From an uncultured Gammaproteobacteria bacterium (GTDB lineage Bacteria > Patescibacteriota > Microgenomatia > UBA12405): a stretch of DNA of 64,000 nt. Below the pieces are notes generated by a model. It was not told the origin of the DNA. It saw only the letters and a program-made list of their open reading frames with translations, and searched no databases. Every line of letters starts with the position of its first letter. The first letter of the stretch is position 1. Below, piece after piece: positions 9,402 through 19,819 of the stretch. The stretch covers positions 114,687 through 178,686 of the forward strand of contig CAYUZS010000001.1 in NCBI GenBank assembly GCA_964448705.1. Reading direction: 5' to 3'. The position numbers and the translations under genes were made by a program.

Positions 9402-11489
9402 TTAGAGTTGGTAGATGTGGGTATCACCTGATTCAAAAATAATTTTGGCACCGAGATTAGTGAAAGTTTGTTCATTAAGTTCGGCATATTTTTCCCGTTC
9501 CTTATCGCCGACAAAAATATATTTAACGGCATATTTTTGGAGTAAAGATTGAGCTTCTTTAGGATTATCCGACTCATATATTTTTTTAACATCAGATTCT
9601 CTGGCAGCAGGTTGGTCATAACCACCACGCCACAACCATTCATGGACAATCCAACCTTCAACAGTCGGGAGACCGGTAGCAACTGAAACCTGATTAAAGG
9701 TGGTGTAACTGTCTCCGACAGCTTCCAAAATCACCGACTGACCGGAAATATTGTTGTTAATCCAATTGACTGCCTCGAAGTTGTCGGGGTAATTATTCTT
9801 CAGAAAATTCAGTCCCCATAAACCTTGGTATTTTTCCAGAGTGTAATACGACTTTACTGCAAAGTAGGGATAAATCATGTGACTGACAAAAACAAGTACA
9901 AAAATAAGTTTTAGGGGTAAATATTTTTTAAGACGAATAAAAATATATCCGGAAACCAGGGAGTACATAATAAATGCCTGGTAAACAAGTTTAAACATAG
10001 TGTTGGCCCGACGATGCTCATAAATATAGATGTCTTTCAGATAACCGATTTCAGGGAGGATAATTAAAAGAGTAGCGGTGACGATAAGCGAAAAAACAAA
10101 AACGTCGGCAGATGAAAAATGAAAACGATGTTTTAAATTTCTGAAAAAAGAAGATAAAAACCAGATAACAAATGGCAGAGAAATTAACCAAAAACCACCG
10201 TACAAAACAAACAATTGATAGAAAGGACTATGGCTGTCGGCCAGACGTAAGCCCTGAACCATGGGAGTGAAATTAAGAGAGAAAGGTAAATTAAACAAAT
10301 ACCAGGTGATAATAACCAATAAGCCATGAAAGACGGTAGTAAATAAAGCATTCTTAAAATCTCGCAAAAGAAGAAGATTAAAAAAAGTAAAAACAGCAAA
10401 AACCAGACCGTAGACAGCGAAGTCCCAGGCGTTTGTCATATAGGCAACAGAAAGAAGAAATCCGGAAGAGATTACCAGAGGCCAATCGATTTCCTGACGG
10501 CGAAGACGGGCAAAAGAAAATGATAAAGAAAAAAGAAGAGCCAGATAAAGTAGGACATTAGGAATGTCGTTCATGTGACCGTGAAGATCGGCGACGACAA
10601 AACTATAAATCGGAAATTCGTGAATAGTTTTGTCCTGAATATCGGGATCGTAGCCAATAAATCTGGTAGCATCGGGGTACCAATACATTTTAGCAGCGGT
10701 GGAAATTGCTTTTGGACTTAAAACCAAACTACCTTCATTTTGAATATCCAATTTTGCTATTTTATAAATTGAATGTAAATTTCCACCGAAGGTTAATAAC
10801 AGCGCCGAGAACAAACCGGCAACAATTATGGCTTTGAAATTTGTTTTTTTTAAAAAATTTGCGACTAAATTTGAAGACAAAGAAAAAGTTAAAGCAAAAG
10901 TTAAAGAACAGGTGGAGGCGATCGCCAAATTGTAAGTGATGGCCGAGGAAATACCGGAGAGCTTGGTGAGAACGGCAGTCATTAAATGGCCGAAATAATA
11001 ATAGTTGATCGGTGAGCCGGAGTACCACATATCGACCGGAGGCAGATATTGACTTCTGAGAGCCGAATTAACAAAACCCCAATCCATAAACTTTTCCAAG
11101 CCTTCAATATCCGGAGCATAACCACGGATAAAAGACCAAGCGATTAAGACCACCAGGAAAATTATTTCTTCAACAATGAAATATTTTTTATTTTTTCGGA
11201 GAAGATTTATGAAGTCTTTGAAATTATCGGAACGACGAAGATAAATAAAATCTAAAATCAGAAAAAATATTATGATCAGCAAAAGCGAAGTAATAGTAAA
11301 AGGAAGTAAACGAAATACACCCAAAACAAAAATAACATAAGTTAAAATGATGAGGGAAATTACTTTGGAAAAAAGATAACCCTTGTCCCAAAATTTTTTG
11401 AAAATCGAAAAGGTTAGAGGGAGGGCAATCGAGCCAACGACAAAAAACGTTGACCACCACAAAATAATATATTTAAAATCTGAAAACAT
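9402..11489 (-). CDS. DUF2298 / YYY-motif polytopic membrane protein (GT-C-like)
   Basis: EKFMD, PP.D.W..G.PINYYYFG, TIHEFP.YSFVVADLH.H, NTMFKL.YQ, GLPTV.GW..HE.LWR. Confidence 0.8.
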   Translation of the reverse strand: MFSDFKYIILWWSTFFVVGSIALPLTFSIFKKFWDKGYLFSKVISLIILTYVIFVLGVFRLLPFTITSLLLIIIFFLILDFIYLRRSDNFKDFINLLRKNKKYFIVEEIIFLVVLIAWSFIRGYAPDIEGLEKFMDWGFVNSALRSQYLPPVDMWYSGSPINYYYFGHLMTAVLTKLSGISSAITYNLAIASTCSLTFALTFSLSSNLVANFLKKTNFKAIIVAGLFSALLLTFGGNLHSIYKIAKLDIQNEGSLVLSPKAISTAAKMYWYPDATRFIGYDPDIQDKTIHEFPIYSFVVADLHGHMNDIPNVLLYLALLFSLSFSFARLRRQEIDWPLVISSGFLLSVAYMTNAWDFAVYGLVFAVFTFFNLLLLRDFKNALFTTVFHGLLVIITWYLFNLPFSLNFTPMVQGLRLADSHSPFYQLFVLYGGFWLISLPFVIWFLSSFFRNLKHRFHFSSADVFVFSLIVTATLLIILPEIGYLKDIYIYEHRRANTMFKLVYQAFIMYSLVSGYIFIRLKKYLPLKLIFVLVFVSHMIYPYFAVKSYYTLEKYQGLWGLNFLKNNYPDNFEAVNWINNNISGQSVILEAVGDSYTTFNQVSVATGLPTVEGWIVHEWLWRGGYDQPAARESDVKKIYESDNPKEAQSLLQKYAVKYIFVGDKEREKYAELNEQTFTNLGAKIIFESGDTHIYQL

Positions 11490-11492
11490 AAT

Positions 11493-13010
11493 TTAATAAA
11501 ACTCCCCTATTATAAAAGCAGGTGAACCATTTGGATAGTTTATGATTTTATGAGATACAAATTTCCGACCGGGAAGATATTCGGGGTAATCACGTAAAGT
11601 ATCCGGAGTGATGGCAAAAAGCTGACTTTTACGGGAATCATAATCATTAGTACCGCAAATTTGACATTTGTCCTGACAATAATTGTCAGGATCATAAAAC
11701 TTAAGAAAAATATCAGGAGAATTAAAAGCACCTTCAAGACATAATTGCTGATAAGAATCTTTGTTTTGTAAAAAATAGTTCATTACCGGTTTAGCGCCGT
11801 ACTGCCAACCCCAAAAATCCGAAGAGTACTGAGGATATTTTTCCAAAAGACGGGAGAAATTTAAAACCGATAAAAACATAATAGTAAAAAATATAAATAA
11901 AATTATATTTTTAATTTTAAATTTTTGGGCGTAATCGAGCAGATAAACAAGACCAACTGCGCAAGCAATTTGGAAAGGGACGACACCGATAACCGATCGG
12001 GTAGCCTGGGGGTTAACCTGAGTAAAGATAGTACCAAGAGGATAAATTAGGAGGAAAAAGACAATAAATAAGAGAGATTTATTTTTTTTATATGAGGTGA
12101 TGGTTTTAAACAAAAAAGAAACCAACAAAGGCAGTTGAAACCAATAAAGTTGACCTAAACCTCGAACTGAATGACGGGTAATAAACTGGCCGGGAAAATC
12201 GATATCCCCTTTTTGAAAAAGAAACTCAAGAGAAAAATGATTGAGATATGAATTAAAAATTTCCGAATAAGCCAGAGGTTCTTTGGTAACCTGGTGCCAT
12301 CTGGAGAAAAAAGAGCCGTCAACAAGCGAGCTGCGAAGTAACAAAAACATCACCAGAAGTGAAGTAAAATTAGTGAGCCAAAACAGAGGTTTTTTGATGA
12401 TCGGCGACAAAGAAGAAAAATGAGTAAGAAAAAACAGTAAAACCAGAACCGGCAAGTAAAGTTTGGGAGTTGTGTAACTTAAAAAAGCGATCATCAAAGA
12501 AACAGCCGCCAGAGGATAAAAAACCAGGTTTTTAATACTTTTTTCCAGCAGATAGAGAGACAACACCACCCAAAAGACAGAAGCAATTAATTCAAAACCG
12601 ACCCGACTAAAAAGAATATGCCACGGAGAAACTGATAAAAATAATGCCGAAAGGATGGCTGTCGGAAAACCAAACAATTCCCGGACGTAAAAAAAGATAA
12701 CAAGAATAGTTAAAAGACCGTAAATTACCGAAACTAAACGCAGCGAATATTCACTTAAACCAAAAAGTCCAACAATAGGTGCCGCCGAATAAATATAAAC
12801 CGGATTTTTATAGTCATCAAAAGAACGAAAAAATAGCGGAAAAGTATTTCCAAAACTATCTTTACCGGTTTGCCACAAATTATATGCTTCATACCCAATC
12901 GAGGCTTCGTCACAAAAAAATCCGGCCGGATTTTTGGAAAGTCCGGTTAGACGAAAAAAACATCCCAGCAGCAAAACAAGAATTAATAACCATCCTTTTT
13001 TGAAAGGCAT
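11493..13010 (-). CDS. GT-C glycosyltransferase (ArnT/PMT family)
   Basis: GFFCDEASIGYEAY...TGKD.FG...PLFF..F.DYK.P; about 11 TM segments. Confidence 0.8.
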   Translation of the reverse strand: MPFKKGWLLILVLLLGCFFRLTGLSKNPAGFFCDEASIGYEAYNLWQTGKDSFGNTFPLFFRSFDDYKNPVYIYSAAPIVGLFGLSEYSLRLVSVIYGLLTILVIFFYVRELFGFPTAILSALFLSVSPWHILFSRVGFELIASVFWVVLSLYLLEKSIKNLVFYPLAAVSLMIAFLSYTTPKLYLPVLVLLFFLTHFSSLSPIIKKPLFWLTNFTSLLVMFLLLRSSLVDGSFFSRWHQVTKEPLAYSEIFNSYLNHFSLEFLFQKGDIDFPGQFITRHSVRGLGQLYWFQLPLLVSFLFKTITSYKKNKSLLFIVFFLLIYPLGTIFTQVNPQATRSVIGVVPFQIACAVGLVYLLDYAQKFKIKNIILFIFFTIMFLSVLNFSRLLEKYPQYSSDFWGWQYGAKPVMNYFLQNKDSYQQLCLEGAFNSPDIFLKFYDPDNYCQDKCQICGTNDYDSRKSQLFAITPDTLRDYPEYLPGRKFVSHKIINYPNGSPAFIIGEFY

Positions 13011-13580
13011 TTATTTTATAAAAAAAACGAAGTTAAAAATTAGACGAATAATGTCCGTCCAAGCGGAAGGAAAGTAAACCAGACTCGATAAAAACCAAAT
13101 TAGGATTCCCAGAATCAGTCCTCCGTAAATATCGATTGGGTAGTGAAAACCTACCAAAACTCTAAATGAAAGCAGGGGAACAACAACTAAAAGATAGATA
13201 TATGGAGACATTACTCCCGAAGTAACTACAAATAAGAAAAAGAAAACTGCCTTAACGGTGTGACCTGAGGGAAAACTACCTGATTTATACCAACTATCGA
13301 CTAAACCGGCGGGAGTACTGTCGTGACGGACAAACATTGGCCGGCGCCAATAAATTTTCGATTTGATTACCCTTTCAACGATTTCGGAAAGAATGCTGGC
13401 AATTAAAATCTGCCAAAAATAATTAGTTTTCTCTCTGATTAACAAAAATGAAATAAAGAAAAGAAAAACCCAAATCAAATAATTTAAAAAAATAAGCACC
13501 GGTTTAAGATATTCACGTTGAGTGAATAATCGAAGATAATCAGTCTTCGGCTGCCAAAAAAATAATTTTGATTTTCTCAT
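13011..13580 (-). CDS. PAP2-family lipid phosphate phosphatase
   Basis: K...WRRP, SFPSGH, RVLVGFHYPIDI motifs. Confidence 0.9.
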   Translation of the reverse strand: MRKSKLFFWQPKTDYLRLFTQREYLKPVLIFLNYLIWVFLFFISFLLIREKTNYFWQILIASILSEIVERVIKSKIYWRRPMFVRHDSTPAGLVDSWYKSGSFPSGHTVKAVFFFLFVVTSGVMSPYIYLLVVVPLLSFRVLVGFHYPIDIYGGLILGILIWFLSSLVYFPSAWTDIIRLIFNFVFFIK

Positions 13581-13596
13581 GATAAAGTAACTTTAT

Positions 13597-14685
13597 ATGT
13601 ATAAAAAGAAAGTACTTTTTGGGATAACCTATTATTTACCCAATATTTCCGGAGTGACCCAGTATGCAGTAATTTTAGCTGAGGAATTAGCAAAAAGAAA
13701 ATACCTGGTGGAAGTTTTATCCGCCAAATTCAAAAAAGAATTGGATGAAGAAAAGATGATTAATGAGGTGAAGGTAATCAGAGTGAAAGGCTTTGGTCTG
13801 GGAAAAGGATTTATTATGCCCTACTATTGGATAGAATCATTAAAAAGAGTCCGGGAAAATGAGGTTATCGTCTGCCATTTACCGTCGATTGAATCTTTTT
13901 GGCTGGCGTTGTGGGGAAAATTGTTTCACAAAAAAGTTATTATTATCCATCATTGTGAATTTTCATTTTCGGGAACAGTTACAAATAAAATAATTGCAGG
14001 TCTCAGTTTTCCAATTCACCTGTTTACCTATGCAATGGCCGATAAAATCACAGCCTATACCAAGGACTATGCTCAGCACTCGACCTTTTTAAGAATGTTT
14101 AAAAATAAAATTGAATACATATTACCGCCAATCAAAATAGAGGAAACAGATAAAAAATTCAATTTAGGAAAAGAAAAAATTGTTGGATTCGTGGGTAGAA
14201 TCGGTTGGGAGAAAGGTTTGGTATTCCTGATTGAAGCCATGAAAAAAATCGAGGCCAAACTGGTTTTGGCCGGACCATATCAGGAGGTGGTTGGTGACAA
14301 AACATATGAAAAATTAAAAAAAATTATTGACAAGAAAATAATCTTTTATGGGCCGATAAATCATAAAGATCTGAAAGGTTTTTATAACCAATGCGACTGT
14401 TTGGTTCTTCCCAGCATTAATAATTTGGAAACATTCGGAATTGTTCAGGCGGAGGCAATGAAATGCGGAGTCCCGGTGGTGGCTTCCAATTTACCAGGGG
14501 TAAGAGTTCCGGTAAAAATGACCGGAATGGGGGAAATTTGTAAAATTGAAAACAGTCAAGATTTAGCCGAAAAAATCAATTTAGTTTTAAAAAGAGGCAA
14601 AAAATATTATCAAAACAGAGCCAAAAACCTGGAAGATTTCAGCTATCTTAAAACTGTTGATGCTTTTGAAAGATCAATACTTTAG
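13597..14685 (+). CDS. Glycosyltransferase family 4
   Basis: FVGRIGWEKG, ETFGIVQAEAM.CG.PVVAS. Confidence 0.92.
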   Translation: MYKKKVLFGITYYLPNISGVTQYAVILAEELAKRKYLVEVLSAKFKKELDEEKMINEVKVIRVKGFGLGKGFIMPYYWIESLKRVRENEVIVCHLPSIESFWLALWGKLFHKKVIIIHHCEFSFSGTVTNKIIAGLSFPIHLFTYAMADKITAYTKDYAQHSTFLRMFKNKIEYILPPIKIEETDKKFNLGKEKIVGFVGRIGWEKGLVFLIEAMKKIEAKLVLAGPYQEVVGDKTYEKLKKIIDKKIIFYGPINHKDLKGFYNQCDCLVLPSINNLETFGIVQAEAMKCGVPVVASNLPGVRVPVKMTGMGEICKIENSQDLAEKINLVLKRGKKYYQNRAKNLEDFSYLKTVDAFERSIL

Positions 14686-16345
14686 GGTGGTCGTAGACAG
14701 TAAAACTTTCCTCGGCAATATCGTCGCGAAAATAAATACCGGGATAATTACAGGAGTCATCTTTGGAAAACCAAGAATTGCTACCACCCGGATAGTTGGT
14801 TGGACCAAGGAAGTAACAGGCTTTCAAAAAAGACAAACTGAAACCCGGATAAGAATTTATTTCTATTAGTTTTTGGAAATCGGAAGTACCGTCAAAAAGA
14901 CGACGATAAAATTTTGAAGTCACCGGATAAAGATCGGTGAGACGGGGAATCGAACCCCAAAGACGATTAGAAGACATAATCAGATACTGCGCCTGGCCGA
15001 GCTGATTCTGAATTACCGGCCATTTAGTCTCTGAGGAATCGGGATCGTAAAGACTTAACATCAGACCATGATAAATATTCGGATCAAGATGAGGGAGATA
15101 AAACGGAAGCGGATCATCCCAATTTTCGTTGGTAATCACCGAACCGGCAGGAAGATGTTCATAAATCCAGTAAGCAGCCTGAACCCGGGAGTTGGGGTGA
15201 AAATAAATATTTAAAAAGGCTAAAGTAAAAAATGATTGGATCAAAATAAGTATTTTAAAAAAACGCGGGTTTAAGTTTTGACAAAGAGAAACCGAAATTA
15301 AGACTATAAAAGGATAAATCGGCAAAAAATATCGTACGTTGTGGGTAAACTGTGAACCCTGAAAAATAAATAACACAAAAATCCAAAACAAAATAATTAT
15401 TTGTAAATTAAATTTCCGGCGGATTTTGAAAAGTGAAAAAACAAAAAAGATAAACAACGGCAGACCTAATCCGAAAAGAGCAATATTTTCCAGCGAATGG
15501 AATAAAGGTAGACGATTAAACCATTGGATTGACGGAGGGAAAAAACTGTTCGGACTGCTCATCTCTTTTAAAGAGAGAAGGCTGGAAACAAATTTGGGAT
15601 TGGGAGTTAATAATCCGGTAAATGAATACGGTTGTAAAATTCTAAAAGCCAAAAAACTAACAAGAGCAAAAATAAAAGCATGAAAAATAGTTTTTAAAAA
15701 ATGAGAGGACCGGCGATAGTGGTAGAAAAACAAAAGTAAAATGATTGGGGATAAATAAACAGCTGACATTTTAGACGCCAGAGCCATGCCGAAAAACACC
15801 CCGGCAAGAGGGAAAAAACCATAAGTCAGTGAGACAAAAGTGGCCAAAAGAAAAGTGTTTAAGAAAGTATCAGTGGCATAGAAATGGGAAAGCTGAAGAG
15901 GAAGGACAGTGAGACCATAAAGGAGAGAGGGAATAAAACGCAAAAAAGGTTTTTTGATAATTTTTCTGGCCAGAAAATAAAGTAGTAAAACATTAAAGGA
16001 ATCAAAGAGAGCCGATAGTCCCCGGCCGAGAAGATGGATGGTTCCATAACTATCAAGATTAAAAGCGACTGCGGCAATTTTGGTTAAAAATATCGGAAAA
16101 GTGCCATAAACAAAAAACTGATAACTGGGATGATTAAACGGATTTAGAGGAGAGGCGGCAGTGTCGAAATACTGAAACAAACTATTGGGCAACTTGATGT
16201 CATTGGTAACCATCGTCAAAAAACGTTCATCAGGGTGTAAATGTTGCCCCTGATCCCAATTTAAACCAAGAATCCGGAGACTAAAAGAAAAAATAAATAT
16301 AAACAAAAGAATGAAAAAGGTTTTAGTTTTGGAAAAGTTGTTCAT
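14648..16345 (-). CDS. GT-C glycosyltransferase (PMT/ArnT-like)
   Basis: GLNWDQGQHLHPDERF, FVYGTFP, QLSHFYATD, EESFTVYDHP; likely start ATG 16345. Confidence 0.8.
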   Translation of the reverse strand: MNNFSKTKTFFILLFIFIFSFSLRILGLNWDQGQHLHPDERFLTMVTNDIKLPNSLFQYFDTAASPLNPFNHPSYQFFVYGTFPIFLTKIAAVAFNLDSYGTIHLLGRGLSALFDSFNVLLLYFLARKIIKKPFLRFIPSLLYGLTVLPLQLSHFYATDTFLNTFLLATFVSLTYGFFPLAGVFFGMALASKMSAVYLSPIILLLFFYHYRRSSHFLKTIFHAFIFALVSFLAFRILQPYSFTGLLTPNPKFVSSLLSLKEMSSPNSFFPPSIQWFNRLPLFHSLENIALFGLGLPLFIFFVFSLFKIRRKFNLQIIILFWIFVLFIFQGSQFTHNVRYFLPIYPFIVLISVSLCQNLNPRFFKILILIQSFFTLAFLNIYFHPNSRVQAAYWIYEHLPAGSVITNENWDDPLPFYLPHLDPNIYHGLMLSLYDPDSSETKWPVIQNQLGQAQYLIMSSNRLWGSIPRLTDLYPVTSKFYRRLFDGTSDFQKLIEINSYPGFSLSFLKACYFLGPTNYPGGSNSWFSKDDSCNYPGIYFRDDIAEESFTVYDHPKVLIFQKHQQF

Positions 16346-17864
16346 ATTGATTAAGAGTACGCGGACTGGTTTTTTGATAAATTCTGATTGTCGGATGATC
16401 AAATACAGACCAGGTTTCTTCGGCGTTTTCGGAATTCAGAATAATGTCCGGGTTTTGACTGAATTCTTTAATTTTCGTAAAACCTAATAAATTATTAAAA
16501 AGAAGCCGATGGTAATCATAATTATAGTTTTTAAAAACGCGGCGTGAAGGAACAATTATATATTCGGAATTTTCTACCAACTTAACTACTTCGTCGGAAT
16601 GATAATTATAAAAATCATAATTTTTAACCCGGAGTTGGTTATCAAAAAGAGGAATATCGACAACGTTACCACCCTCAGAAAGAACCGGTGAATTTTCCGG
16701 GAGATTAGTGTTTAACCAACGACTGGCAGTAATCCGAATATCGGGATGGAGATATAAACTCTGGAAAAAATAAATACCGGGTAAACAGGAGACAAAAATA
16801 AAAAATATTTGTAAATATTTACTTTTTAAACGACTGATAAAATAAACGGTGAATAAGGGAAACAAAAAATATAAGGGTGACATAAAACGGGTCCATTTAA
16901 CGTACAATTGGCCAAAATACAGAAAATAGACTAAAGAAGGGAAAAGGATATAAACCCAAAGATTATTTTTTAAACGACGAGAGAATATATTAACAGCAAA
17001 GATAATTAACCCGATTAAACCGAACAGGAATTGCGGTAGTCCGGAAACATAGGGAAAGATACGTGTAAGCTGAAAAATATAAGGAGTAGTGCCGGAAAAT
17101 TGGGTGGTATAAAAAACTTTTAGCTGGCCGGAAGCTACTTCGGTTTCATATTTCATACTGGAAATAAAATCCGAAAATTGAAGAAGATTGTAGGGAGAAA
17201 AAGCAACAAAGGACAAAAGACAAACTAATAACATTAAAAATACTCCCAAAATCGGAAGTCGTTTTTTAGGAGATTTGAACAATAAAACAAAGGATGCCAA
17301 TAAAGGAGGCCCTAAAAAGATGAGAGAAGAAATTTTAGTAGCTATCCCAAGACCGCTAATAAGACCGGCTAATAAAAAAAACAGATATTTTTTTGGCTGA
17401 CTGACAATTTTTATGGACAAATAAATATTAGATAAAAAAACAAAGATCAAGAAACTCTCTGTCGTACCAAAGTGGGCCATTTGAATAAGTCCGGGATTAA
17501 AAATGGTTAAGAATGAAGCCGCTAATGAAAATTTTTGGCTGAATAAATGTCGGGAAATATAATAAACCAATAAGATAGAAGCAACGGAAAATATCGCTGA
17601 CCAAAAACGTAAAACAAAAACGGCATTATTAAAACTTGTGGCCACAGAAAGAGCCTTGAGAGTAAAAAAACCTAAATATAGGGGAAATTGGCCATAAGCA
17701 AAAAAATGAGGATTAAGATCCCCTATCTGTAGGCGGGAAACAGCACTAGCCATATTATTTTCATCCGGATGAAAATAAAAACCGCCACCCCAAGCTAAAC
17801 CGACAAACCTAGTTAAAAAGGCACAAATAAAAAGGATGACAAATAAAGAAGACTTAGAGAACAT
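16323..17864 (-). CDS. GT-C glycosyltransferase, paralog of downstream gene
   Basis: WGGGFYFHPDE, PHFFAYGQFP, QMAHFGTTES, EETWSVFDHP. Confidence 0.8.
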   Translation of the reverse strand: MFSKSSLFVILFICAFLTRFVGLAWGGGFYFHPDENNMASAVSRLQIGDLNPHFFAYGQFPLYLGFFTLKALSVATSFNNAVFVLRFWSAIFSVASILLVYYISRHLFSQKFSLAASFLTIFNPGLIQMAHFGTTESFLIFVFLSNIYLSIKIVSQPKKYLFFLLAGLISGLGIATKISSLIFLGPPLLASFVLLFKSPKKRLPILGVFLMLLVCLLSFVAFSPYNLLQFSDFISSMKYETEVASGQLKVFYTTQFSGTTPYIFQLTRIFPYVSGLPQFLFGLIGLIIFAVNIFSRRLKNNLWVYILFPSLVYFLYFGQLYVKWTRFMSPLYFLFPLFTVYFISRLKSKYLQIFFIFVSCLPGIYFFQSLYLHPDIRITASRWLNTNLPENSPVLSEGGNVVDIPLFDNQLRVKNYDFYNYHSDEVVKLVENSEYIIVPSRRVFKNYNYDYHRLLFNNLLGFTKIKEFSQNPDIILNSENAEETWSVFDHPTIRIYQKTSPRTLNQYEQLFQN

Positions 17865-18777
17865 AGATAATAGTGATGATCATTAGCCCCCACGAAACAA
17901 CTGACAATAACAGGGGGATATCTGTGGCAATAGTTCTTTCCGGACGCTCCCCTTCCTGCATTTCAAAAATAATCTGACCATACCTCATAATTCCGTAAAT
18001 AACCGGCACGATTGTTACCATGTACCATTTTCGGTCCAACGCAGAAGGAAAGTTTTCTAGAAGATAATTGCTAATGACACCCTCAAAACGAACTTTTTCT
18101 TCAAAAAAAGTAAACATGGAATAAGTCAATAAAGTACAAACTGCAAACATGGTGGTATAAAAATTGAGCAAGGCTTTGCCATAACCGGTCATGGCCGATC
18201 TGGTTTTAGTGCCGGTATTGAAAAGTTCACTGCGGCGTTTTCCACTGGCAATAAAGAGTGATAAGAAAATAACCGTCAACATGATCCAAACGGGAAGATG
18301 ATAACCGGTAGCAATTTCTCCGGCGTAAGCCCGGATAATGAAAAATAAAGAGATGCCGATAATATCAAAAACCGCTTTCTTTTTGAAAATAAATGAATAT
18401 GAATACTGCAATAAAATAAAAACAAAAGAAATTAAAAAGAATCCGGAGTTTACCATCAGCGATATACCCAATCCGGAAAATAAAAGGACAAATACCATAA
18501 TTACGGCCGTATTTACGGATATATCACCATGAGCCAGAGGACGAAACTTTTTAAAAGGATGCTGTTGATCTTTTTTAATATCCAAAAGATCGTTTACCAG
18601 ATATGAGGAAGATGAGAGCAGACAAAAAGTGATGAAAGCCATAAAACTCTGCGAGAAAATTTCGGGGTCAAACAGTTTACCGTTAAGAATAGCAGCAGCA
18701 AAAAGACTGAAGTTTTTAATCCATTGATTTGGACGAAGAGATTTAAATAAGGAAACGAATTTAGTTTTTTTTTCCAT
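17854..18777 (-). CDS. UbiA-family polyprenyl-phosphate phosphoribosyltransferase (DPPR synthase-like)
   Basis: LRPNQWIKN, YLVNDLLD...D..HP.K..RPLA.G, SGKRRSEL, GERPE. Confidence 0.85.
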   Translation of the reverse strand: MEKKTKFVSLFKSLRPNQWIKNFSLFAAAILNGKLFDPEIFSQSFMAFITFCLLSSSSYLVNDLLDIKKDQQHPFKKFRPLAHGDISVNTAVIMVFVLLFSGLGISLMVNSGFFLISFVFILLQYSYSFIFKKKAVFDIIGISLFFIIRAYAGEIATGYHLPVWIMLTVIFLSLFIASGKRRSELFNTGTKTRSAMTGYGKALLNFYTTMFAVCTLLTYSMFTFFEEKVRFEGVISNYLLENFPSALDRKWYMVTIVPVIYGIMRYGQIIFEMQEGERPERTIATDIPLLLSVVSWGLMIITIIYVL

Positions 18778-18781
18778 TACT

Positions 18782-19819
18782 TTACAATAATATCAAGAAA
18801 CCAAGCAAAGTGACAATAACTCCGACAACTCCCAAGACTTGCCCCGGAAGTTCGAATCCGGCACTGGGCAAAATAATTCTGGTAGGACTGGGACCGGAAG
18901 CAAGAGCGGCAGTACCAGTGGGAATCGGAGGTGATGTTGGAGTAATAGTGGGAGTGGAGGATATGACCAAGGTGACAGTGGGGGTGGAAGTATTGGTGGG
19001 TGTAGAAGTCGGCTGAAGAGTACCAGTGGGGGTTGAGGTAGGAATTAATGTTTTTGTCGGAGTAAGAGTTCGGGTGGGAGTAAGAGTTCTGGTCGGAGTT
19101 AAGGAAAGAAATCTAGTTGGAGAAGGAGTGCGGGTGGGAGTTAAGGTTGGAGTAGAAGGCCGGGTGGGAGTTAGAGTGCGGGTGGGAGTAAGAGTTCTGG
19201 TCGGAGTTAAGGAAAGAAATCTAGTTGGAGAAGGAGTGCGGGTGGGAGTTAAGGTTGGAGTAGAAGGCCGGGTGGGAGTATTGGTAGGATTAGTTTGACA
19301 ATTTCGGTCAACAGTACTGATAAAACAATTGTTAGTGTAATCAATTTGCTGAACACCACAATAATTACTATCAAAACAAACAGAGGTGACATTACGGAGA
19401 GTTTCGACATTATCCTGACAACCGCCGGCAGTATCAAATCGATTCGGACATTTATATTTATTAACCACCGAAAGAGTACCACTGGTAGCAGTGATACAAC
19501 GACCAACGATCTGAGCATGGGCTTCTGAACAGGTAAAATTACTAGGATCAGTGCCGCCGCCCTCGGTTGGACAACGACCTGTATCCGGAGTTGTACACTG
19601 CCAGACTCCGGAAGTTGCTGAAGAAAAAGCAATACAAGTACAGAGAAAACCCGTGTTTTTACCGGAAGAATTTTGTTGGCAAGAAGTTCTGCCGACAGGA
19701 CTGCAAGTTTCGTCACCTGTGGCACGATTACGATTGTCCTGATTTTGTCTGACGAGATAAAGTCCCCCAAACATGGACAAAATTAACAAGACTAAACTAA
19801 ATATTCCGTATCTTTTCAT
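18782..19819 (-). CDS. Secreted Cys-rich, Pro/Thr-repeat surface protein with LPSAG sorting-like C-terminus
   Basis: N-terminal signal/TM + 'RQNQDNRNRA', Cys-rich domain, TPT repeats, ILPSAG + hydrophobic tail. Confidence 0.75.
   Translation of the reverse strand: MKRYGIFSLVLLILSMFGGLYLVRQNQDNRNRATGDETCSPVGRTSCQQNSSGKNTGFLCTCIAFSSATSGVWQCTTPDTGRCPTEGGGTDPSNFTCSEAHAQIVGRCITATSGTLSVVNKYKCPNRFDTAGGCQDNVETLRNVTSVCFDSNYCGVQQIDYTNNCFISTVDRNCQTNPTNTPTRPSTPTLTPTRTPSPTRFLSLTPTRTLTPTRTLTPTRPSTPTLTPTRTPSPTRFLSLTPTRTLTPTRTLTPTKTLIPTSTPTGTLQPTSTPTNTSTPTVTLVISSTPTITPTSPPIPTGTAALASGPSPTRIILPSAGFELPGQVLGVVGVIVTLLGFLILL
19071..19279. repeat. Intragenic tandem duplication, 108-nt period
   Basis: 19071-19171 identical to 19179-19279; encodes a 36-aa TPT-rich unit twice. 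Confidence 0.9.

Noticed and set aside
18810-19298. Val/Gly-repeat ORFs on the plus strand
   Set aside because: Antisense shadows of the Thr/Pro repeats of 18782-19819; the same applies to 30731-31015 and 35567-36025.
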